NCBI GenBank assembly: GCA_964016885.1
Contig: OZ024741.1
Span: 332,816,001-332,880,000, forward strand
From: Eledone cirrhosa
Taxonomy: Eukaryota
Direction of reading: 5' to 3'
Length of the DNA stretch: 64,000 nt
The position numbers and the translations under genes were made by a program. Shown here one piece after another: positions 51,913 to 64,000 of this stretch. The notes below the pieces were generated by a model. That model did not search any database, was not told where the DNA came from, and saw only the letters and a list, made by a program, of their open reading frames with translations. Each line of letters opens with the position of its first letter. The first letter of the stretch is position 1.

Positions 51913-52142
51913 TGAAGGGTTTAATAATATGTGCGATGAAAAGAAATTGTTAATATGTATTAAGAATAATATTTAAGGGTTTAATAATATGTGCGATGAA
52001 AAGAAATTGTTAATATGTATTAAGAATAATATTTAAGGGTTTAATAATATGTGCGATGGAAAGAAAATGTTAATATGTATTAAGAATAATATTTAAGGGT
52101 TTAATAATATGTGCGATGGAAAGAAAATATTGATATGTATTA
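51913..52142. repeat. 60-bp tandem repeat, about four units, in the PLE-B 3' UTR (mirrored at about 54630-54860)
   Basis: Unit AAGGGTTTAATAATATGTGCGATG(A/G)AAAGAAATTGTTAATATGTATTAAGAATAATATTT. Confidence 0.9.
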
Positions 52143-53742
52143 TTAAAAAAACCCAAAAGTAATGTAAGTAAGGATATATTGTGAGATGAGCATGAATAAG
52201 TTAGATGAAAGTGAGAAAAAAATAATGAATAGAGGATGAATAATCTAACATAAAAAAAAATGTTTATGTTTACGAAGGATTTTTTCAAGGTGATATAAAG
52301 TATTGTGTAATAATTGTTTCTATGTTAGGCACAGTGAGAAAAGGTACAGATTAGGGGTTAGAAATTAAAAGAAAAAGAAAAGGAAAAGGAAGAAAGGTTA
52401 AGTGATAAATAGGAGTGATATAGAATATAATAAATAACTTTGAAATAAGGTAGAAACATGGGTATATTTTTAAAGAAGTATATATATATATATATATGTG
52501 CCTTTGAGAAAAGGATTCTGAATTGATAAAGTTTAAGATATTAGCTGTATACTTTATGGAAAGTTCTGTGGAATTTATGCAAGCAGATAGAAAACAAGTC
52601 AGTGCGTCTATTTATTATAGAATCTAAATTAGATATAATGGTAAATTTTTCATTTAGACAGAGATTGCAAGTCTTGGATAGAGAACTGTTCAAGTATGAA
52701 GAAGCAGAGGAAACCTTTTTCCAAGAGATGTTATATTTAATATTTGTGTCTTTCAAGGACCATATGAGTTCTGAGAGAGCCGTGTTGGTTCTTTTAAGTT
52801 GGTATTTAAAAGACGAATGATGATTATAAAGACCAGCTTTAAAGGAGGTGGAAGTGGAGCCAAATAGGTGAAGGAATTGGTGTCAGTTATAACTTTACAT
52901 TCGTAGATTAAGTTTTTATCAAGACAATGGTTGTTAAGAGAATATTTATTTTTAGCAGGGCAATTGCAATTGCGATTAGAGAGATTATTAACGAGTGACC
53001 TAGTGTTATCTATAGAAGGAATTGGATTGGAGAAGTTATTTGCGATAGGAATAATAGTTTCTTGATTTAGAATAGGATTAAGAACATTTAGCGAAGTTGT
53101 GTTTGACGTTGTATTTGGGTTTGCAGAAATTAGCCTAGAGTTTACAATGACGTCGGGAGTACTATTACTATTATTATGATATTCAGTGTTGGAAGGAAGA
53201 GATTTAGTATTTAGTATTTTATTGTTGTGTTTAGAGATAATGTTGGAAATGTTGGAGGATGTTGAATAGGAACATTTTATAGTGTGTTTGTTAAATATTT
53301 TACTATAGATATGTGAGGGAGGGAAGCATTTATTTAAGGCACTAAAGAATAATTTAGGAATATTATTATTAATAGAGATGGAGAAAGGAGCATTATACCA
53401 GATTATGTTTTTGTATCTAGGTCTTTTATTAAAGTTATTGGAATGATCATGATTAATTATTCTACTGTAAGATCTTATAGAATTTGTTTCTTTATTATAT
53501 TTGATTTTATCAGGATAGCCGGCTTTAGAAAGCGCGTTATTATAGTAATTGGCGTTAGCATCGAAGATGTTTTTATTAGAAGATAGGTTAGATATTCTTT
53601 TTCCAATATTACTAACTATAGCATTCTTAATATTAGTAGGGTGGTTAGATTTAAAATTAACATAATTTAGGTTCTCATTGTTTTTATGGTAAGGGTAATA
53701 TAGGCCAGTGTCAAGATTAAGAGATACTAACTAATTTCTTGG

Positions 53743-54237
53743 ATGTATCTCTTAATCTCTTCTATAGATAACACTAGGTCACTCGTTAATAATCTCTCTA
53801 ATCGCAATTGCAATTGCCCTGCTAAAAATAAATGTCCTCTCAACAACCATTGTCTTGATAAAAACTTAATCTACGAATGTAAAGTTATAACTGACACCAA
53901 TTCCTTCACCTATTTTGGCTCCACTTCCACCTCCTTTAAAGCTGGTCTTTATAATCATCATTCGTCTTTTAAATACCAACTTAAAAGAACCAACACGGCT
54001 CTCTCAGAACTCATATGGTCCTTGAAAGACACAAATATTAAATATAACATCTCTTGGAAAAAGGTTTCCTCTGCTTCTTCATACTTGAACAGTTCTCTAT
54101 CCAAGACTTGCAATCTCTGTCTAAATGAAAAATTTACCATTATATCTAATTTAGATTCTATAATAAATAAACGCACTGACTTGTTTTCTATCTGCTTGCA
54201 TAAATTCCACAGAACTTTCCATAAAGTATACAGCTAA
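53743..54237 (+). pseudogene. PLE GIY-YIG endonuclease domain, open frame, 5' truncated
   Basis: CNCPAKNKCPLNNHCL..LIY...YFGST..FKAG..NH..SF...CNLCLNEK...CLH; the conserved Arg of FKxR is replaced by Gly. Confidence 0.85.
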
Positions 54238-55208
54238 TATCCTAAACTTTATCAATTCAGAATCCTTTTCTCAAAGGCACATATATATATATATATATAT
54301 ATACTTCTTTAAAAATATACCCATGTTTCTACCTTATTTCAAAGTTATTTATTATATTCTATATCACTCCTATTTATCACTTCCCTTTCTTCCTTTTCCT
54401 TTTCTTTTAATTTCTAACCCCTAATCTGTACCTTTTCTCACTGTGCCTAACATAGAAACAATTATTACACAATACTTTATATCACCTTGAAAAAATCCTT
54501 CGTAAACATAAACATTTTTTTTGACGTTAGATTATTCATCCTCTATTCATTATTTTTTTCTCACTTTCATCTAACTTATTCATGCTCATCTCACAATATA
54601 TCCTTACTTACATTACTTTTGGGTTTTTTTAATAATACATATCAACATTTTCTTTCCATCGCACATATTATTAAACCCTTAAATATTATTCTTAATACAT
54701 ATTAACATTTTCTTTCCATCGCACATATTATTAAACCCTTAAATATTATTCTTAATACATATTAACAATTTCTTTTCATCGCACATATTAAACCCTTAAA
54801 TATTATTCTTAATACATATTAACAATTTCTTTTCATCGCACATATTATTAAACCCTTCAATATACAAACCTTAACTTTACATTATTTTTCTCTTCGTTAA
54901 TTTTCAAATTCTTTTAATTTATACATTATCTTCCAACGGTTTTTCAACCTCTCTATGTAAAACAATATATTTTTCTCAGTTATAAAAGCTATCTCTCTCT
55001 CTCTATCACCCATCTCTCCTCCTATCTCATCCTTCCTCATTATACTCCTCCCCCTCCACTTTTTACTCTCATCTCATCCTCTTTTTCACCCCCCCCCCCC
55101 TAAAAAAATGTTTCCCCAATATCACACATCAATGTAAAACTACTTTGCATATGTTGATTGAAAACTACACTATCCACAAGTGTTTTTAACCTTCATATCA
55201 TGTCTTCC

Positions 55209-55279
55209 TATTTTATCTGATGAAAACACAAATGTTATTGCATGATGATATTTGTTTTTGAAATGCGCATAATAAAATA
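55209..55279 (+). ncRNA. Intact type I hammerhead motif in the PLE-B right arm
   Basis: TATTTTAT CTGATGA AAAcACAAATGTTATT gcat GATGATATTTGTtTTT GAAA TGCGCA TA ATAAAATA. Confidence 0.88.
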
Positions 55280-55354
55280 CATGGAACTCATTTAACCATC
55301 TTTTGATCTTATATATTATATATATATATATATATTTATATATATACAATGATA

Positions 55355-56127
55355 TCGAGGGATTTGTAATAGTAATATACATGAATGGCAAAGAGAAATT
55401 AAGCATAAGATCATCAGATGCAGTGTGCAAGAGAGGAGATTGTATTGGTATAGCAATGTGATATGTATGAAGTATGACAGCTTTATAAAAAAGCGCAGGG
55501 CGATCAAAGTTGATGGAAGCTATGGAGTAAGATGACTCCAGGAGAACTGGGATGAGGTGATAAAAGCTGACCTTGTGCAATTACACCTCAAAAGCAATGT
55601 CACAGGATTGAGATCTTTGGTGTTATACAGTAATATAGAAGACCCACCTTCCCATGCGCACAGACTGAAACATACATCTAGTAGGCACCTCTTAACCACT
55701 ATACCCACTTCCATACACCTCCCATCCCTCAATACCCATCCACATCTGTTCACACTGCCCTTGCACTGTAAAGTTGTCGGGTTGGTATCACAACAAAAAG
55801 CATCCAGCTCACACTGTAAAGTGGTTGTTTAAGTGTCATGACAAAAAGTATCCAGCCAACACTTTAAAGTGGTCATGTAGGTATCATGACAAAAAGTACT
55901 CAGTCCACACTGTAAGGTGGTCGTGTAGGAGTCATGACAAAAAGCACCCATCCCGTACTCTAAATGTGGTTGGTGTTAGAAAGGGCATCCAGCTGTAGAA
56001 ACCTAGCCAGAAACAGTTCTGTGTGAGAAAGACATAGTCACCTGACCCAACCTGCCTCAAATAAGACAACCCATCAAACTCATGATAGCAAAGAAATGGA
56101 TGTTAAACGATGATGATGATGATGATG
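55355..56127 (+). mobile_element. RTE LINE 3' fragment with ~42-bp UTR subrepeats and GAT tail
   Basis: Homologous to 35110-35737. Confidence 0.8.
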
Positions 56128-56204
56128 GTAACAAGAACTGGTGAAATGAAAAGTCCTGCTGTTTCTTGAAGTAATGCTTTTCGTTTCTGCCACTGCTCAC
56201 TCTA

Positions 56205-56240
56205 TTTTCTGATGATAGACTAGTGTCTGAAACGTTAAGA
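56205..56240 (+). ncRNA. Minimal type I hammerhead motif (15897 family)
   Basis: TTTT CTGATGA t AGAC tagt GTCT GAAA CG TT AAGA. Confidence 0.78.
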
Positions 56241-57129
56241 CTTTTCCTACTATATTAAGTATGAAACTAATATATATATTCATTGTACTTCATTGTCTGT
56301 TGTGTTTTTTCCATTTACTTTTTGCATATATATATATAGTATACAAAAATCACCAAATTTATTTCAGTGACTTCTGGCCATGACCCACTCACTCAATGAG
56401 GGAATAAGCCAGCAGTTGAGGAGCTGCATCCTTAAAATACAGGGTGCACACAAATAGTTAGTGAGTATTATGGCATTTTCTGTTTCTATTTCTATATCAC
56501 ATAACTTAGCAATTCAATAAAAAAAAAAAGCATGTTCGATAAAATAAGTACTCGGGTTGATGTAATTGACTAAATGAAGGTGGTGATCCAGCAAAAGAAT
56601 AAAATAATATCTTCAAGGTAGTTTAATTTGAATTTGTCAGCATCAAAACAAACTTCGGGATTTCTGAGGTTTGGGAATTTCAGATAAAAGATTCTTTAAC
56701 TAGTGGCAATTTTCAGATATTTTCCCCCACATTGAAAAATATTACTGGATCAAAGAATTATTGGTCTTTTAGATCTTTGTAAAGGGATTTATTAAGGATG
56801 ACATTATACTGGATTAACTCTGACATATACCTTTATGCTAAACTGGCTATTTTAAATACATTTTTAAATGCAATGCAGGGTTCCTTTTGCCATTATATGA
56901 CAGAATTTATTCTCAGGTAATAATTCTCTCTGTGTAATATTTTCATTTAGTCTATTATTGTTCCAGCAGATTATATGAGGGACCTTAGAAAGAAAGAATG
57001 GCTCTATGATGATGTATTTCTCTTTAATAATTGCAATAGGGGTATAATATTTTTACTGAATCATTTGAAGAGATTTTTGTGTATGTTGTGGTTTGGTGAG
57101 GTGAGAGCCAGCTATGCTATTTGATCACA

Positions 57130-59250
<2,121 letters not shown>

Positions 59251-59336
59251 AATTCTTCTAGCTCTGTGGAACCTAAAATTTTATGATCTTCTCTACCTTT
59301 GAGGAAAATGGTTGGAATGGACATTATCCTCAAACA

Positions 59337-59377
<41 letters not shown>

Positions 59378-59674
59378 AAATAAACACCAAATGAAAAAAA
59401 TATAAACATATATAATTGTTTATTTGACTGGTTTGGTAAAAATGGATAGGGATTGATGTTGGGTTGAGGCAGGGGTGAATCATATGTAGAATATTCTTTG
59501 AAGGGGTGCAGAGAGGTGGAATTTAAGCCCCTTTTTATTTATATATATGCTTTATTGGCAATGGAATGGTAAGAGGCTAGCAGAAGACATCTGAAAAGTG
59601 GAGGGTATCAAGGTTTATGTCAACTAGACATTGGAGTGAGATAGATAGGATTTGACATTATGTGGTTGTGTATG

Positions 59675-60170
59675 TAGAGAGAGAGATATAGAGGGAGAAA
59701 GTGATGGGGAGAGGAAGAGATAGGGAAAGAAAGAGATGGGGTGAGAGTGAGGAGGAGGAGCTATAGTGAGAGGGAGAATAGAGGGGGCGAAACTGTGTGT
59801 GGAGAGAGAGAAATGAAGGAAAAGAGAGAAAAAGAAACAAAGCTACAGAGATAGAGAGATTGGGCAAAGAGAAGAGGAGGGAGAGAGTGTTAGAATGAGA
59901 GAGAGGAGAAGGGAGAGGGAGAAATAGTGTGAGAGAGGGAGGAAGACAGAGAGGCAGAAAATTAGAAAGGGATGAGAGAGAGCGAAAGAAGGATGAAGAG
60001 AAAAAGAAACGAAGCAAAGGTGAGAGAGAGAGTGAGAGAAAAAGAGAGAGAGAGAAAGAAGGAGAGAGAGAGAGAAAGGAGAAGGAAGGGAGAGAGAGAA
60101 AGAAGGAGCAGAGAGAGAAAGGAGAAGGAAGGGAGAGAAAAAGAGACAAAGCAAGGGAGAGAGAGAGAAG
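59675..60170. repeat. Polypurine (GA-rich) low-complexity tract
   Basis: Directly visible. Confidence 0.9.
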
Positions 60171-60344
60171 TACTGTGGTATAGAAAGGTGTTTATAGTTG
60201 ACATTGTCCTTCCATATATAGTCCTTCATAGATGGGGCTTATTATAAAGCAATAATACCTCTGTTGTTTTTATTCTGTAATTCTGTCACTGTTTGAAGGC
60301 TGGGAATTGGTAATGCCATTAGAATGATGGGTAGAATGTTTTAT

Positions 60345-60875
60345 GTCATCATTACCATCATCACCATCACCGTCATCATTATCATCATCACCACCATCAT
60401 CATCATCATCACCGTCATCATTATCAGCCTCACCATCATCCTCACCATGATTCTCATTGTCGTCGTCATCATCATCATCATCATCATCATTATCATCATT
60501 ACCATTATCGTCATTATTGTCGTAGTCATCATCATCATCATCATCATCATCATCACCATCATCGTTATCATCATCACCAACATCATTGTTGTCATGGACG
60601 TCATCACCACCACCACTACCACCACCATCATCATCATCATCATCACCATTATCACCACCATCATTATCATCATCACCAACATCATTGTTGTCATGGATGT
60701 CATCACCACCACCACCACTACCACCACCATCATCATCATCATCATCACCATTATCACCACCATCATTATCATCATCACCAACATCATTGTTGTTATGGAT
60801 GTCATCACCACCACCACTACCACCACCATCATCATCATCAGCAGCACCATCATCACCATCATCATCATCATCATC
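60345..60875. repeat. (CAT/CAC)n compound repeat with a higher-order unit of about 100 bp, three times
   Basis: CACCAACATCATTGTTGTCATGGA recurs at about 60575, 60674 and 60776. Confidence 0.85.
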
Positions 60876-61149
60876 TAATGTCCACTTTTCTTACTAGCAA
60901 GAGTTAAACAGATTGTTATAGATCAAGTCAATACCCAATCGATGTCACTGACCTCACAGTTGTGCTGAGGGGTGGGATGGTATGGGGAGTGAGGATTGGT
61001 GTAAGGCACATCTTGCTGATATACATTTCTGAACTTTACAGCGTGTGCTGGGTGTATTTGATTGTAGCACAAGCAATAAGAAGGTTGTCATGCCTTTGAC
61101 ATAACTGAAATGTTCTCTTAACTCATTGTTTGGTAGGTTTTGTATGACT

Positions 61150-61315
61150 GGATGGATGCCGGTTCCTGAATTGTGAACTCCATCTTCTGCATGTTCTTTC
61201 AGTCATGACATCATCTCCATAAGTGTTTTGGAGTGATTTCGCTGTTACACTTGCACTATTATGTATTTGAAATTCATAAAGAATAACACGGTGGATGTGT
61301 TTACTTGGTGCCAAT
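61150..61315 (-). pseudogene. Mariner transposase N-terminal HTH fragment
   Basis: KHIHRVILYEFQIHNSASVTAKSLQNTYGDDVMTERTCRRW resembles the mariner (Mos1/Hsmar-type) N-terminal HTH. Confidence 0.7.
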
Positions 61316-61796
61316 TAGGGCTGGTGCCAGAATATTTGACACCCTAGACAAGGTTAGATTCTGGCCTCTCCCTCCCCCCAGGAAAATATCAATTTCAAAA
61401 TTTATAAACAATAAATCTTTTTTGAATTTTTCAATATTTATTTGTCCCTGTATGAAATAATTGTTTCTACTTTAGGCACAAGGCCAGCAATTACCCAGTG
61501 CATTACTGGTACTTTATTTTATCGACCCTGTAAGGATGAAAGGCAAAGTTAACCTCGGCGGGATTTGAACTCAGATCATAAAGGGACGTAACTATGCTGG
61601 AAAGCATGGCGTCCGACCCTCTACCGATACTGCCAATCCACCATGTATGAAATAATCGAGGATAAAAATGACGCTCAATAAAACTGACATTTATTTATTT
61701 ATTTTTCAAAATTGTTGTTGATTTGGAGAAATGTGCCCACTGAAATCAGTGCCCTAGGCAGCTGCCTAGTTTTCCTATATGGTAGCACCAGTCCTG
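61316..61796. mobile_element. hAT-type MITE inserted at the start of the mariner ORF, itself carrying a SINE family 2 copy (61462-61643, minus)
   Basis: TIR TAGGGCTGGTGC / GCACCAGTCCTG; 8-bp target duplication GTGCCAAT / GTGCCCAT. Confidence 0.7.
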
Positions 61797-61869
61797 GTGC
61801 CCATACAAAATTTGACAAAATCTAAAATAAAATAAAAAGGTTTTGAGACTTTTATCAGATACACATTTA

Positions 61870-62290
61870 TTTAACTCAACACAAAACTCTAGTCCCTCAA
61901 AATAGGATCCTCCAGCTTCAATTCACTTATTGTACCACCCAGATCTAGAAGGCCTCCTTGTAGTCCTCCAAAATGAAGGTGTCCAAGGCTCTTGTCACAG
62001 CTTCCTTCATCTCCTCCACATCCTCAAAGCAGATACCCCTGAGCTTTTCCATCAGCTTCGGGAACATCCAGAAGTTGCATAGGGCTAAGTCTGGACTGTA
62101 GGGAGGATGAGGGACAGTTGTGATCGCCATATTGGCCAAATAGTTGGTCATCAGGATGGATTTGTGGTAGGGGCATTGTCCTGGTGCAGGTGCCACTGAC
62201 CAGACTTGAAGAGTTCTGATCTCTTGCAACAAAATCTCTATCTGAACTGTCTCAAAACCTCAACATAGTACTCTGTTAACTGTCTGGCCC
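61870..62290 (-). pseudogene. Mariner transposase catalytic C-terminal fragment
   Basis: VPHPPYSPDLALCNFWMFPKL..KLRG..FEDVEEMKEAV. Confidence 0.85.
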
Positions 62291-62339
62291 AAATCCTCAC
62301 TGGTTGTGGTAAGGGAGACATTGAATTTATACCTAAAAT

Positions 62340-62589
62340 GCTGCTAATACCAACAGATGTTCTCTTTCATTTCAAATGATTGCAATTTCCAGTGAGAGTC
62401 AGTTACACAATGAAAATTAATGCATCCAAAGGTCAAACACTGCAGGTCGTCAGTCTCCATCTAGAAGAGGGATGTTTCTCACGTGGCCAATTGTATGTAG
62501 GTTGTCCCAGACTAGGAAGACCTCACAAACTCTTCATATATACTCCAAAGAAAAAAGTTAAAAACAATGTATATACTGAAATTCTGTAA
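62340..62589 (+). pseudogene. Helitron Pif1-like helicase C-terminal fragment
   Basis: QFPVRVSYTMKINASKGQTL...CFSRGQLYVGCPR...KNNVYTEIL*. Confidence 0.85.
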
Positions 62590-62904
62590 ATATTTTATAA
62601 TTTTCATAGAATAAATTTTTCTATTATTATTTTTATTTCTCTGTATTGTGATATTCTAAATAAAACTTTAAAATTATGTTGGGCAATATTTAAATACCTT
62701 TTAACATCTTTTATTCTAAGAAAAGTGGACACTACGACAGATGACAATAGGTGCCTTATGAATAGATTTGAGCACAGTACACACCAAGATGAAGGCTGGG
62801 AAGCCACAATTATATACATATATATATATATACATGTATATATATATATGTGTGTGTGTGTGTGTATGTGCATGTGCGTGTATGTGTGTGTGTTTTATTC
62901 ACAA

Positions 62905-63225
62905 TCACATGGTATTTGGGCTTCCTCCCATTGCTCGGCATCTTGGTCAAGTGATTTCTACTATAGCCTCAGTATGACCAGTGCTTTGTGAGTGAAATTT
63001 GGAAGGCAACAACTGTGCGGCTGCCTCTCATGGATATGTGTTTGTTCATATCTGTGTTTATACCTACTATTTGTTTATGTCCTGCAACTTAGCAGTTTTA
63101 CAAACAGTGCTCAATAAAGTACGTACCTGACTTGAAATAAAAAACAGTACTTATGCCAATATAACTCTTGAAGGCCGTGCCCCAGCATGGCTGCAGTCTA
63201 ATGGCTGAAACCAATAAAAGAATAT
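62905..63225 (+). mobile_element. Decayed SINE
   Basis: Core CATCTTGGTCAAGTGATTTCTACTATAGCC and tail CCCCAGCATGGCTGCAGTC...GAAAC; similar to 45780-45880. Confidence 0.5.
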
Positions 63226-64000
63226 ATATATATATTAATATCAGGAAGAGTAATGTACCATTTGAGAATTCTGAAATAGATTTATTTACCGCTATACTTT
63301 TCTCTATAGTAGCTCTCAATCTCAAGATTCTCAATCTAAAATTGTCCAAGCAGTAAAGATTTTTAAATTAACACCATTAGCTTCAGCATGATAAGAACTG
63401 CACAAAGTCTCGATATAAAATTCTTCAATAATATTAACTTTGAATTTGTGTTTGATTTAGTAGATAGTTCCTGCTATTCTCACTCGAGAACTTACAATAA
63501 TAATAATAATAATCTTAAGTCAAACAGCTAAAGAGGATGGGAAGTTTTCCGAGGCAAAATTGAAAATATTATTCCTCATGCAAAAATCAGTTCAATGACA
63601 AAGCCATTATCTTTGGACATTCCAGCATAATAGCTCCATAGCAATATCTATATATCACACGAGATTTATGATTTTTAAATCTCTTTCACTTATCCAAAGT
63701 TACACTGGCAAATTGCCATAAACACGCTTGCTACGAAACTGGCATTCTCGGCTTGCTTGTAAAAGGACATTACTTAAGCAAGGAATAGAAAAGCTTTTCT
63801 TCACTAGAATTCCCTGCAACTATTAGCAAGTTTATTTCAAGAAAAACACTGAATAAAATCGAAGTAAAGGAGATACAATAAATCAAAAGAAAGTTTAACT
63901 GCATCTTCTTTCCTGTTATATGTGACACAGACACACTCATGCATACACACACATACACATGTATATAGACACATACACGCAAGTACACACACACACAGAT

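Larger units (their letters stand above)
51354..55320. mobile_element. Penelope-like element B: head-to-head inverted duplication with arms of about 1.57 kb
   Basis: Minus copy 51354-53726 (RT C-terminus, GIY-YIG, 3' UTR) and plus copy 53759-55320 (GIY-YIG ORF 53743-54237 and 3' UTR). It is a relative of PLE-A. Confidence 0.92.

Noticed and set aside
51913-52142. Regularly spaced repeats as a CRISPR-like array
   Set aside because: The 60-bp units are contiguous with no unique spacers, the context is a eukaryotic retroelement, and there are no cas genes.
59929-60878. ER/K-rich and Ile/Met-rich ORFs
   Set aside because: They arise from GA-rich and CAT-repeat low-complexity DNA.
62788-62822. 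AAGATGA a GGCT ggga AGCC acaa, a possible hammerhead relic
   Set aside because: Both conserved boxes are broken; too decayed to support.

Overview
AT-rich eukaryotic window made almost entirely of repeats, with no recognisable host gene exon. The (TA)n/(CA)n/(GAT)n microsatellite load and the SINE/LINE families suggest a mollusc, probably an octopus (inference). It holds decayed RTE-type and CR1-type LINEs, two tRNA-derived SINE families, a full-length Tc1/mariner element, mariner and Helitron remnants, several MITEs and three Penelope-like retroelement (PLE) insertions at 46-55 kb, each built as a long inverted repeat. The most striking signal was read by eye and is absent from the ORF track: roughly 20 type I hammerhead ribozyme (HHR) motifs (CUGANGA...GAAA...NUH with helices I-III), in about 10 different sequence families. 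They lie in PLE arms or in short non-coding islands among (TA)n. They include recurring core variants (A4, C4), one motif with a 51-bp helix I, long helix II inserts and pairs of dissimilar HHRs on the same strand. All structures are manual base-pairing assignments and none has been tested for cleavage. Nearly all YI-, TH-, poly-T/V/P/I ORFs in the track are microsatellite artefacts.
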